64,000 nucleotides of DNA. Source: Yoonia sp. GTDB lineage: Bacteria > Pseudomonadota > Alphaproteobacteria > Rhodobacterales > Rhodobacteraceae. Numbering within the stretch: the stretch's first letter is position 1; every line of letters begins with the position of its first letter. Below, one piece after another: positions 48,235 through 57,407 of this stretch. Where the stretch lies: positions 12,410 through 76,409 of the forward strand of contig JAGSGF010000002.1 of the NCBI GenBank assembly GCA_023955335.1. The letters are read 5' to 3'. The notes under the pieces were generated by a model. That model did not search any database. It was not told where the DNA came from and saw only the letters and a program-made list of their open reading frames with translations. The position numbers and the translations under genes are program-made.

Positions 48235-49139
48235 CAGCGCAACCTCGGATTAAATACATCGCGCAAAAAGTCGCCAAGTACATTTATCGAAACAACCAAT
48301 GCGACCAAGAACAACGTCGGGATCCACAAAATCCACCACTCGCCCGACAGCAAGAATTGCATGCCAATCCGGATCAATGTTCCAAGGGACGGGCTATCCG
48401 CAGGCAAGCCAATGCCAAGGAACGAAAGTGTCGCCTCAAGCAATATCGCCGAGGCCAAATCAACGGTCATAATCACCAACAGCGGTCCAAGGATATTGGG
48501 CAAGATATGCACGAACATGACCCGCAACGGATGTTGACCCTGTATTAAGGCAGCTTGCACATATTCCTTGTTCATCTGCACGAAGGTCGATGCGCGAGCA
48601 GTCCGCGCAAAGTTCACCCAGAGCGACAAAGCAATCGCGATTATCAGTACGGTGACGCGCAGGTTTTGCTGCATCTCTGGTGGCAAAATACCACGGGCAA
48701 TGCCGTCGATCAAAAGGGCCGTCAGGATCGCAGGCAAGGCCAGTTGAATATCTGCGATGCGCATCACAATTGCATCAAACCGGCCACCAAAATAGCCCGC
48801 TGCAAGACCCAGCCCCACACCCAATACGGTCGCAATGGTCATCGCTGAGATACCGATGATCAGGGACAACCGCGCACCATATAAAATAGATGAAATCATA
48901 TCACGGCCCTGATCATCGGTGCCGAGTAAAAATTTCTCTGACCCGAACTCGTCCCATACGGGCGGCAACAACCCGTCCATCAAAGAGAAAGACGCCAGAT
49001 CATAGGGATTGATCGGCGCAATCCATGGCGCGAGGATGGCGCCCAGAATGATCCCAAATGCCATTATCGCCGCAAGGATCACTGCGGGCGATCGGCTGAA
49101 CAACCACAGCCCCTCGTATCGTTTGATAAATGCCAACAC
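48234..49139 (-). CDS. ABC transporter permease (DppC/OppC-type)
   Basis: About 301 aa if it starts at the GTG at 49139, which overlaps the upstream TAG (TAGTG). The 357-aa track ORF start would overlap the preceding permease by 170 nt. Body typical of binding-protein-dependent permeases. Confidence 0.85.
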   Translation of the reverse strand: MLAFIKRYEGLWLFSRSPAVILAAIMAFGIILGAILAPWIAPINPYDLASFSLMDGLLPPVWDEFGSEKFLLGTDDQGRDMISSILYGARLSLIIGISAMTIATVLGVGLGLAAGYFGGRFDAIVMRIADIQLALPAILTALLIDGIARGILPPEMQQNLRVTVLIIAIALSLWVNFARTARASTFVQMNKEYVQAALIQGQHPLRVMFVHILPNILGPLLVIMTVDLASAILLEATLSFLGIGLPADSPSLGTLIRIGMQFLLSGEWWILWIPTLFLVALVVSINVLGDFLRDVFNPRLR

Positions 49140-50113
49140 TACGACACGTCCCTTATTCGCAATCGCGGGTCGATCACCACATAAAGCATGTCGACAATTA
49201 GGTTCACGAGTACGAAGAAAAACGCGATGACCACGAGGTAGACACCCATCACGGGGATATCGACGAAGCGAATGGACTCTAGGAACAACAGCCCCATGCC
49301 AGGCCATTGGAATACGCTTTCTGTGACGATAGAAAACGCGATGACGCCGCCAAATTGTAGGCCGATAATCGTGATCACCGGCACCATGGTATTGGCCAAT
49401 GCGTGCTTAAAATACAAACGGTTCATTGGGACGCCGCGCGCCGTCGCGAAACGAATATAGTCGGAACGCATGACTTCCATCATCTCGGCGCGGACCAAGC
49501 GCATCGTCAGCGTGAGTTGGTAAACGCCCAATGTGAACGCCGGCAGGATCAAAGCGCGCCAACCGTCCACTGTAAGAAAGGATGTTTCCCAGCCTCCAAG
49601 GCGAACAGTGCCCCCCCGCCCGAACGTTGGGAGCCAACCAAGCTGCACGCCAAAGAAGAAAATCAGCATGATCCCAATGACGAAGGTCGGGATCGACACA
49701 CCAACGAGTGTTACCATTAGAATTGCCTGCGTGGCGATCCCGCGTGGTCGAAGCGCGGTGTAAACGCCCGCCGGAATTCCCACCAAAAGCGAAATCAGTA
49801 GAGCTACGATGCCAAGTTCCAGCGTTGCGGGGATACGCGTTGCGATCATCTCGGCGACAGGTTGTCGGGTCCGGTAGGAAAAGCCAAAATCACCTTTTAG
49901 CATGTCTCCCGTGAAGCGAGCAAACTGCAAGGCGTAAGGGTCGTTAAGGCCAAGGTCTTCGCGCAGACGTTCCTGATCGGCGACTGACGTTTCGACGCCC
50001 GTCATTTGTGTGATCGGATCGCCGACAAATCGAAAAAGCGAGAAGGCCAGAAAGGCAACGGCAAGCATGACAAAGGCGGACTGGACCAGTCGCTTGACGA
50101 TGAAATATACCAT
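49139..50113 (-). CDS. ABC transporter permease (DppB/OppB-type)
   Basis: 324 aa. N-terminus MVYFIVKRLVQSAFVMLAVAFLAF and the EAA-like loop typical of DppB. Confidence 0.9.
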   Translation of the reverse strand: MVYFIVKRLVQSAFVMLAVAFLAFSLFRFVGDPITQMTGVETSVADQERLREDLGLNDPYALQFARFTGDMLKGDFGFSYRTRQPVAEMIATRIPATLELGIVALLISLLVGIPAGVYTALRPRGIATQAILMVTLVGVSIPTFVIGIMLIFFFGVQLGWLPTFGRGGTVRLGGWETSFLTVDGWRALILPAFTLGVYQLTLTMRLVRAEMMEVMRSDYIRFATARGVPMNRLYFKHALANTMVPVITIIGLQFGGVIAFSIVTESVFQWPGMGLLFLESIRFVDIPVMGVYLVVIAFFFVLVNLIVDMLYVVIDPRLRIRDVS

Positions 50114-50128
50114 TGCCTTTCTACTTTT

Positions 50129-51715
50129 CTAATTCGCCTCGTTCACTGTGACCCAACGCAGCATAAAGAAGTTATCGGACCGTTGCGTCAGGTCGATATT
50201 GTCTTTCGCGGCCCAGATAAGGGGCTGCGTATAAAGTGGAATATAAGCGACTTCGTCTTGGGTGATCGACACGACCTCGTCGACCATCGCTTGACGGGCA
50301 TCTGCGTCGATCTCTTGCTGGATCAGTGGCAGCAATTCATCAACGCGGGCGTTAGAATAGTTGCCAAAGTTCCATGAACCAAGCTTCTTTTCATCGTCTT
50401 GGCTGTGCATCAGGAAGCGGATTGGGTGCTCCATGTCGAACGAACCGGGCGACCATCCCAGAAGGTACATATCAAAATCATCTTCACGAAGCTGTGGCCA
50501 GTAGTCACGTACAGGGCCCGTAGAAAGGTCGGCGTCCAACCCCACGGCCGCGAACATTGATGCAGCAGCGCGACAAAGTGCTTCGTCGTTGATGTAGCGA
50601 TCGTTGGGACACTTAAGACCAAAACTAAAGCCGTCTGCATAGCCAGCCTCTGCCAGCAATGACTTGGCCATTTCCGGGTCATAAGCTGGGCGATCTGCGT
50701 TCGCATCCGAGTAGCCAGAGATGTTAGCTGGCACCAATTGGCTGGCACCTTCAATTTTACCACGGAAAAGCACGCGATCAATGGACGCGAGATCAATAGC
50801 ATGTGCCGCGGCCAAACGAACACGGGGATCAGCGAACGGGTTCGCATCCGTGACGTCAGAAGAATACAGCAGCGTGTCATGCTCGTGGCCAAAGCCAAAC
50901 ATGATGACACGGGTTTCTTCGCCCTCAAGCACCTTAAAGCCATCGCGGCTTTCAACTTGAGCAACGTCTTGCAAGGGGATCGGTTGAATAAAATCGATCT
51001 CGCCCGATAAAAGAGCCGCCAAGCCGGTCGCACTGTTGCCGATTGGGGTAAATGTCGCCTCCGTCACGTTGTGCTGCGCAGTGTCCCACCATGCTGCGTG
51101 TGGCGCCAATACCGTCTTGACCCCTGGATCACGGCTCGAAAGAGTAAAGGGACCTGTTCCGTTCACATTCATCGTCGCAAAGTTCTCAGCATCGCGCGCG
51201 GGCAAGGTTGCGTCGTTCGCTGTTGCCCAGTCTTTGTCGAGGATCATGAAGTTGGCAATTGATGATGGAAACAGCGGGTTAGGCGCAGACGTCACAAAGT
51301 CGATTGTGAAATCATCAACAACGCGCACTTCGCTTACTGGTGAAAACCATGACCGAACGTCTGCGGCTTCGTTCGAAGCGCGCTGGTACGAAAACATGAC
51401 ATCTTCTGCAGTGAAAGCAGCCCCGTCTTGGAAGGTGACATCTTGGCGCAGATTAAACCGCCAGCCATTGTCCCCGACCATCGGTTCCCACGATGTTGCC
51501 AGCGATGGTTCAATCGCCATGTCTTGGCCGCGGCGAACGAGGCCTTCGTAGACGTTATTCAGGAACGAAAGGACAGGCGCCGAGTTGACGGCATGTGGAT
51601 CCATTGTCTGCGGGTCAGTCGTAGATGCCCAGTGAAAGGACTCGGCTTGTACACCAAGCGCCGTCATAGAAATGACCCCGCCTAGCAGAATTGATTTCCG
51701 AAGCGTTCGGCTCAT
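50129..51715 (-). CDS. ABC transporter substrate-binding protein, family 5 (peptide/nickel/opine type)
   Basis: 528 aa. Sec signal (SMTALGVQA) and SBP_bac_5-like body. Confidence 0.9.
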   Translation of the reverse strand: MSRTLRKSILLGGVISMTALGVQAESFHWASTTDPQTMDPHAVNSAPVLSFLNNVYEGLVRRGQDMAIEPSLATSWEPMVGDNGWRFNLRQDVTFQDGAAFTAEDVMFSYQRASNEAADVRSWFSPVSEVRVVDDFTIDFVTSAPNPLFPSSIANFMILDKDWATANDATLPARDAENFATMNVNGTGPFTLSSRDPGVKTVLAPHAAWWDTAQHNVTEATFTPIGNSATGLAALLSGEIDFIQPIPLQDVAQVESRDGFKVLEGEETRVIMFGFGHEHDTLLYSSDVTDANPFADPRVRLAAAHAIDLASIDRVLFRGKIEGASQLVPANISGYSDANADRPAYDPEMAKSLLAEAGYADGFSFGLKCPNDRYINDEALCRAAASMFAAVGLDADLSTGPVRDYWPQLREDDFDMYLLGWSPGSFDMEHPIRFLMHSQDDEKKLGSWNFGNYSNARVDELLPLIQQEIDADARQAMVDEVVSITQDEVAYIPLYTQPLIWAAKDNIDLTQRSDNFFMLRWVTVNEAN

Positions 51716-52005
51716 CGTTGTTCCTCCAAGTTGGTGGCTTTACGTCAGCCTGCGCTTTATATCGGCAAGGTCAAGACAGATTTGCACTTTGGACAGTGGC
51801 AACTCCGCAGCCATAACCACGAAAGTGCGTCGTTCTTTTTAATTGGGGCTTATGCCTTTTAACGGCGAGTGCAGTGTCCGGGCCCCGCATTTTAGCTAGC
51901 AGAATGACCGAAGTGCCGGACACATCCCCAATTCGATGGGTGAGCACCACCGACAATTATCGTGGCTTTACTGCTTTTGGACTGATGCCATAACCAAGAG
52001 GCACA

Positions 52006-52617
52006 TCAGGGCGACATATGATCGCTGGCAGCTGGATGCACCGCGCTTGACTCTTGAAGCAGCACGAGTGTCGCGACCTTGATTGTTGCCAGACGTGCTC
52101 GCAATTGCGTGATGTCATCGACGCCGTATTTCGCATTGAGGCTGGTGGAATAGAAGAAATCCACAATGTCATGAAGGCTCAATGATGCGGCGGTGCCTTG
52201 GGGTGTGTCGGCTTGTAGCATCTCAGTAATAGCCGCTCGCCATTGATGTGAAATGACGGACATCTCTTCGGATGATATTTTGTTTAAACCGTCCATTAAC
52301 ACAGCCCAATCGGGTGTGGCACGGACGGCTTCGAACCATCTTATTGGGCCAAATAAGTGGAATGCGTCTAGTTTCTCACTAATGGCCTCAGCATCCGCCC
52401 AAGCCGCCATCACCGCAGCATAGGTATCTTCACCTTCTTTCCGACAGACAGCGCGCAAGATCTCTTCCTTGCCGGAAAACGCATTGTAGATCGTTTGACG
52501 CGCGACACCTGCTTCCGCCGCAATATCGCCCATGGTCGTCTTGGAATAGCCGTATCGGGCAAACATATTTGCGGCTGCAGTAACGATCATGTGGCTATTT
52601 TCGGTCATGAAATTCAT
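52006..52617 (-). CDS. TetR/AcrR family transcriptional regulator
   Basis: 203 aa. HTH AANMFARYGYSKTTMGDIAAEAGVARQTIYNAF. Divergent from the iorA-like gene. Confidence 0.88.
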   Translation of the reverse strand: MNFMTENSHMIVTAAANMFARYGYSKTTMGDIAAEAGVARQTIYNAFSGKEEILRAVCRKEGEDTYAAVMAAWADAEAISEKLDAFHLFGPIRWFEAVRATPDWAVLMDGLNKISSEEMSVISHQWRAAITEMLQADTPQGTAASLSLHDIVDFFYSTSLNAKYGVDDITQLRARLATIKVATLVLLQESSAVHPAASDHMSP

Positions 52618-52689
52618 TTGACATGCCAGCGCAACTCAGTCAATTAGACTTTTAATGCCTATTTGTACAATGCATGGAGACCCGATCCT

Positions 52690-53151
52690 ATGAAACTGCT
52701 GGTGAATGGCGATGAACGCGAGGTGGATGTCGAAGATGACATGCCATTGCTGTGGGTGCTTCGGGATGAACTGGGGTTGAAGGGGACAAAGTATGGTTGC
52801 GGTATCGCACAATGTGGTGCCTGCACGGTTCATATGGACGGTGTCGCCGTTCGAAGTTGTCAGGTTGCCGCCGCAACCGCAGAGGGCACTGATGTTGTAA
52901 CGATTGAAGGGCTCGGAATGCCGGAGGCCTTGCATGCGGTGCAAGACGCCTGGATCGAGCATCAAGTCGCACAATGCGGCTACTGTCAGTCTGGTCAAAT
53001 CATGCAGGCAGCAGCCCTATTGGAGATGCACCCCGAGCCGTCGGATGATGTGATCGACATTGTTATGAGTGGCAACTTGTGTCGCTGCGGCACGTATCCG
53101 CGGATTCGCGCGGCCGTAAAAACAGCCGCAACCAAACTGCAGGAGACCTGA
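52690..53151 (+). CDS. (2Fe-2S)-binding small subunit of an aldehyde oxidase/isoquinoline oxidoreductase-type enzyme (IorA-like)
   Basis: 153 aa from the ATG at 52690. Cys clusters [11 protein letters not shown] and CGYCQSGQ...CRCGTY. Confidence 0.9.
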   Translation: MKLLVNGDEREVDVEDDMPLLWVLRDELGLKGTKYGCGIAQCGACTVHMDGVAVRSCQVAAATAEGTDVVTIEGLGMPEALHAVQDAWIEHQVAQCGYCQSGQIMQAAALLEMHPEPSDDVIDIVMSGNLCRCGTYPRIRAAVKTAATKLQET

Positions 53152-53154
53152 AGC

Positions 53155-55395
53155 ATGGGGCGTTTGAAAACAATTGGCCGTCGATCATTTCTTATCGGGT
53201 CTGCTACTATTCTCGGCGGCGTGGCCTTTGGGACCTTCATGGCGGCTCGGCCTCATGAAAATCCCCTGACTGCAGGATTGGGTGATGGCGAAGCGGCCTT
53301 CAATCCGTACGTCAAACTCACATCTAGTAAGATCACGCTGATCGTTCCACACGCTGATATTGGTCAGGGCGTACAATCGGCGCAGGCAGCCCTTATCGCC
53401 GAAGAACTGGATATCGAGGTTGAACAAGCCACGCTGAGCTTTGGTGAACCTTCCGCTGCTTATTACAACACAGCCTTTGCCGACGAAGGTGTACCCTTTA
53501 TGTCTTTCGACGATGGCTCTGTGGCTGAGACGATGCGTGACGTGGTGGGTGCCGTGGTGAAGCTGATCGGTATTCAGGCGACAGGCGGATCGACCTCTAT
53601 GCCAGACCAGTACGAGAAATTGCGGATGGCAGGCGCGGTCGCACGCGAGACGATCAAAGCCGCCGCAAGTCAGCGCACAGGTGTGCCTGTTGATCAGCTC
53701 AAGACCGCAAACGGCGCGGTTGAACTCCCTGACGGGACTACGATTGCGTATACTGATCTTGCCGCAGACGCAGCAAGGATCGCGCCCGTTGCTCATGTTG
53801 CGCTGCGCGATCCATCCACGTGGACCAAGGTCGGCAAGCCTATGATGCGGACCGATATACCTGCGAAATCAACAGGGGCACAGGCCTTTGGCATCGATAT
53901 TGAACTTGATGGAATGGTCCATGCATCTGTCAGGGTCAATCCCCGCAAAGGCGCAGAGATGATCGGTTTCGACGCTACCGTTGCTAAAAGCATGCGCGGC
54001 GTAAAAGCAATTGTTCCCATCAAGAACGGGGTTGGTGTCGTCGCGGATAACACATGGCGCGCGATTCAAGCGGTGAACGCGATTGACGTCGACTGGGGAC
54101 CTGCCCCTTACCCGGCAGAGATGGATGGCCATTGGGCCGAGGTTGCCGCCAGTTTCATCGACGAACGCCTTGATGATGAATGGCGCGCTGACGGAGATGT
54201 TGATGCAATACTCTCGACATCCGAAGTCATTGATATTGAAAACCGTGCGCCTTACGTGGCTCACCAACCGCTTGAACCGTTGAACGCAACTGTTCTGGTA
54301 ACTGCGGGCGGTGTTGAGGTCTGGACGGGACACCAGATGCCGCGTTTCGTACAGCAACAAGTGGCTCGTGTCGCGCGGGTTGAGGCCGAACAGGTCACTT
54401 TCCACAACCAATTCTCAGGGGGCAGCTTTGGTCACCGCTTGGAGTTCGAACACATCAAGCAAGCAACCGAAGTGGCCATGACCATGCCGGGCACGCCAGT
54501 CAAGATGACCTACAGCAGGGAAGAGGATTTCTTGCAGGATTTCCCTCGTCAAATTGCCATGTCACGTGCGAAGGGTGCAGTCGCGAACGGACAAATCATC
54601 GCGCTGTCTCTTGATATTGCGGCGCCGTCGGTCGTCGCGTCGCAAGGTGGTCGTATGGGCCAGACCATGCCCGGCCCGGACGCGCAGATCGTCGCAGGCG
54701 CGTGGAACATGCCCTATGATATCCCAAATCTTCGGGTGCGTGGCTACCGTGTGCCCGAACTTGGACCGATCAGCTCTTGGCGGTCCGTCGGCGCCAGTCA
54801 TGCTGGTTTCTTTGCAGAAAACACATTGGATGAACTGATCCGCCGCGCGGGTGCCGACCCCATGGAGGAACGCTTGCGGCTTGTGAACCATCCTGTCCAT
54901 CGCGCCGTGCTGGAAACTGTGGCAGAGATGGCGAATTGGGGCGTGGATCTGGGGCCAAACCGAGGGCGCGGCCTCGCGCTGGTTGAAAGTTTCGGGGTCC
55001 CGACAGCAGAGGTCGTCGATATTTCCATCACCAATAACGGCATCAAGATTGATAAGGTCTATGTTGTCGCGGACGTGGGCAAGATCATTGATCCAATTAA
55101 CTTTGAAAATCAGGTGCAAGGCGGTGTTGTCTGGGCACTTGGCCATGCGATCAATTCTGAAATCACCTATGCCGATGGAATGGCCGAGCAGACAAATTAT
55201 CATGCTGCTGAAGGCATGCGAATTTTCCAAACGCCAGAGATCATCGTGCGCGGACTTGAAAACGCGGAAAAAATTCGCGGGGTCGGTGAACCGCCTGTTC
55301 CACCCGCAGCAGCGGCTTTGGCCAGTGCAATTTTTGATGCAACCGGTAAGCGGTTGCGCGAAATGCCGTTCAATAAATTCGTGGATTTTGTTTGA
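53155..55395 (+). CDS. molybdopterin-dependent oxidoreductase large subunit (IorB-like), Tat signal
   Basis: 746 aa. Twin-arginine signal GRRSFLIGSA. Xanthine-dehydrogenase-family a/b hammerhead and Moco-binding domains. Confidence 0.92.
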   Translation: MGRLKTIGRRSFLIGSATILGGVAFGTFMAARPHENPLTAGLGDGEAAFNPYVKLTSSKITLIVPHADIGQGVQSAQAALIAEELDIEVEQATLSFGEPSAAYYNTAFADEGVPFMSFDDGSVAETMRDVVGAVVKLIGIQATGGSTSMPDQYEKLRMAGAVARETIKAAASQRTGVPVDQLKTANGAVELPDGTTIAYTDLAADAARIAPVAHVALRDPSTWTKVGKPMMRTDIPAKSTGAQAFGIDIELDGMVHASVRVNPRKGAEMIGFDATVAKSMRGVKAIVPIKNGVGVVADNTWRAIQAVNAIDVDWGPAPYPAEMDGHWAEVAASFIDERLDDEWRADGDVDAILSTSEVIDIENRAPYVAHQPLEPLNATVLVTAGGVEVWTGHQMPRFVQQQVARVARVEAEQVTFHNQFSGGSFGHRLEFEHIKQATEVAMTMPGTPVKMTYSREEDFLQDFPRQIAMSRAKGAVANGQIIALSLDIAAPSVVASQGGRMGQTMPGPDAQIVAGAWNMPYDIPNLRVRGYRVPELGPISSWRSVGASHAGFFAENTLDELIRRAGADPMEERLRLVNHPVHRAVLETVAEMANWGVDLGPNRGRGLALVESFGVPTAEVVDISITNNGIKIDKVYVVADVGKIIDPINFENQVQGGVVWALGHAINSEITYADGMAEQTNYHAAEGMRIFQTPEIIVRGLENAEKIRGVGEPPVPPAAAALASAIFDATGKRLREMPFNKFVDFV

Positions 55396-56021
55396 TGGGG
55401 TGGAAAATCAAGACAGCGACCGCAACGCTTCTCGTAACCTCGCTTGCCTTGGCCGCTTTCGCCGAAGGCGAAAACGTCACGATAAATCCTCCCGCCGAAG
55501 GATCCATCAGCCGCCAAGACGGGTTCGAAGCGTGGCAGCGTATCTACGAAGTAACGTCGCATCCGCGCTGTTCAAACTGCCACGTCGGGGCCGATAACAT
55601 CCCCATGTGGTCCGGACCAAGTTACGGCGTGGCAGGTCCGCACGGGATGAATATCAATGCGGGCGAAAGCCGCATTGGCGCTGAATATTTGCAGTGCAGC
55701 GCTTGCCACACCTACCGTGAAGGCGACAACGACATGCCGCATGCCGCCCCGCAGGTTGCGACGAACTGGCGATTACCGCCAGTTGAGGCAGAATGGTTTG
55801 GCAAATCCGGGGTCGAAATATGCAACCAACTGCGTGATCCAGACCGCAACGGGGGCCGCGACTTTAACGAGATTGCAGGCCATCTTGACCACGATTTGAT
55901 ATTGCATTGGGCATGGAACCCGGGCGGCGGACGCGAACCCGCGCCGTTCAGCCTGCAAGAGCACGTCAACGATGTCCTTGCATGGGGTGTCGCGGGGTAT
56001 CCCTGTGAAAATGATGAGTGA
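55395..56021 (+). CDS. secreted protein with two CxxCH motifs (putative dihaem c-type cytochrome)
   Basis: About 208 aa. The ATG shares a base with the iorB-like stop (TGATG). Signal peptide ...SLALAAFA. CSNCH and CSACH motifs. Not the usual roughly 400-aa three-haem subunit. Confidence 0.6.
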   Translation: MGWKIKTATATLLVTSLALAAFAEGENVTINPPAEGSISRQDGFEAWQRIYEVTSHPRCSNCHVGADNIPMWSGPSYGVAGPHGMNINAGESRIGAEYLQCSACHTYREGDNDMPHAAPQVATNWRLPPVEAEWFGKSGVEICNQLRDPDRNGGRDFNEIAGHLDHDLILHWAWNPGGGREPAPFSLQEHVNDVLAWGVAGYPCENDE

Positions 56022-56029
56022 GGTCTGAC

Positions 56030-56380
56030 ATGACGCAATCCAAAAATGCGCTGCGCTGGGGAGCAAATTTCACCGCTCTGTCTGCCGGGTTGCATATTCT
56101 TGCCTTTGTGGTGGGCGGTTTTCGCGCAGACGCACTGCAGCTACTGCCGATCGGTATTGTCTATGCTGGCTTTGCCTACGGGTTGTTTCAAGGCTGGCGT
56201 TTGATGGCCTATATCGTTTTCATCGTAATCTTGATTGGAACAATCATGGCGGTCAGCAGGATCTGGGCGCTCGGAGATGTTCCAGGATGGCTTTACGCTG
56301 GAATAGCATTAGCGAACCTCTTGTCAGCAGCCTCGCTTTTTGCAGCGATTTGGAAAACGCCGCAAGCGCTGCATGATTAA
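56030..56380 (+). CDS. small 4-TM membrane protein (hypothetical)
   Basis: 116 aa from the ATG at 56030 (or a GTG at 56018 overlapping the upstream stop). Four hydrophobic helices. No family recognised. Confidence 0.5.
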   Translation: MTQSKNALRWGANFTALSAGLHILAFVVGGFRADALQLLPIGIVYAGFAYGLFQGWRLMAYIVFIVILIGTIMAVSRIWALGDVPGWLYAGIALANLLSAASLFAAIWKTPQALHD

Positions 56381-56717
56381 GTGGTTTGAGTTCTGCTAGA
56401 GAGGGCCATGCCTGCGTTTAGCGTGGTCGTTGAAGGCCCTCCTTATCGATCTGTTGGCGCGATGATGACTATTTTGGGGCAAACGACCGCTTTGTTCATT
56501 GCCATCAGCCTGTCTCGAGGCTCACATAGTGAAATGGTCCGGCAAAATTGGACGCATGCTAAGATGTCCCTGCTGAGAAAGCTGGCAATCACGCGGCCCA
56601 ATCATGGACTTGGCAACCTCCAAGGTTTTGATCTGGCGGCTTTCCAATACGCGGCATGACCACAAACCGGATGCATCTTAGCAAAGCCGCACACCTGTCC
56701 TAAAAAGCAAGACCACT

Positions 56718-57166
56718 TCAGCAGTAGGGGGCTTGCAGACCGGTAAGCCCGTGTTTTGCACGCCGCGCAAATTCATGCTCCCAACCGATCTTGTACGCAA
56801 TCGCGACTGCACGCGGGGCATTGTGCAGCGCCAGATCTTGAGGCTCCACCCCCCCTAGCAACTCCGTCAACAAACGCTGGGATCGGTGTTGCCCCTTGAC
56901 CGCGTTCACGGCCATTGACCGGATAATAGGCCGTGCCATCGGCACAGAAACGGTGCGGGCTTTTTGTTCTTTTCGCCCTTGGGCCTGCCGCGCGGGTTGC
57001 CAGACTTGCGCCTTTTTGTACCGGCTTGCTTCTGATGGGCTTGGCAGCACTGGCAAGAACCTTGTGAACGCCTCATGCGGCGAACGACATGCGCGAGCGA
57101 CGCGGGCAAGCCAGATACGAAGCTGTACGAACAGACCCGCGTCGGCAACAATGGACATGCGCTCAT
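56718..57166 (-). pseudogene. frameshifted DUF5681-like (phage/mobile-element associated) gene remnant
   Basis: One frame (56906..57166) carries KSGNPRGRPKGEKNKK, the SGNPxGRPKG hallmark. The continuation ARPIIRSMAVNAVKGQHRSQRLLTELLGG lies in a different frame (56718..57158). Confidence 0.4.
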
Positions 57167-57407
57167 CCCGCTTCCCGGGTCTAGCGTCCGAAAACCATAT
57201 TCCCGGCTATGTGTGCGTTGTTTCCCCGGAAATCAGGCAAGTAATCAAAGATCAGGTCGAACGTGACTGGCTCCACCACCACTTGTCCCGCGAGACCAAA
57301 GATGATCGTGCTATTCCGAACACAGCTATCTGTATCGGTGCGTTGCGGGTTTTGCATTGCCCAATTGCCCCCTATAGTACCTCCAACAATAACGCGGAGC
57401 CCATAAG

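Noticed and set aside
48234-49307. 357-aa version of the DppC-type permease ORF.
   Set aside because: The first 55 or so codons overlap the upstream permease gene and are Arg/Cys/His-rich. A GTG at 49139 overlapping the upstream TAG gives a typical permease of about 300 aa.
51716-52005. Possible riboswitch (cobalamin or another type) in the 290-nt spacer upstream of the ABC importer operon. A GCCACTG-like string near 51790-51802 (minus sense) and an 8-bp inverted repeat GTGTCCGG...CCGGACAC caught my eye.
   Set aside because: The other conserved cobalamin-riboswitch elements are not recognisable, and the long-loop inverted repeat is not diagnostic. An Infernal scan would be needed before claiming anything.
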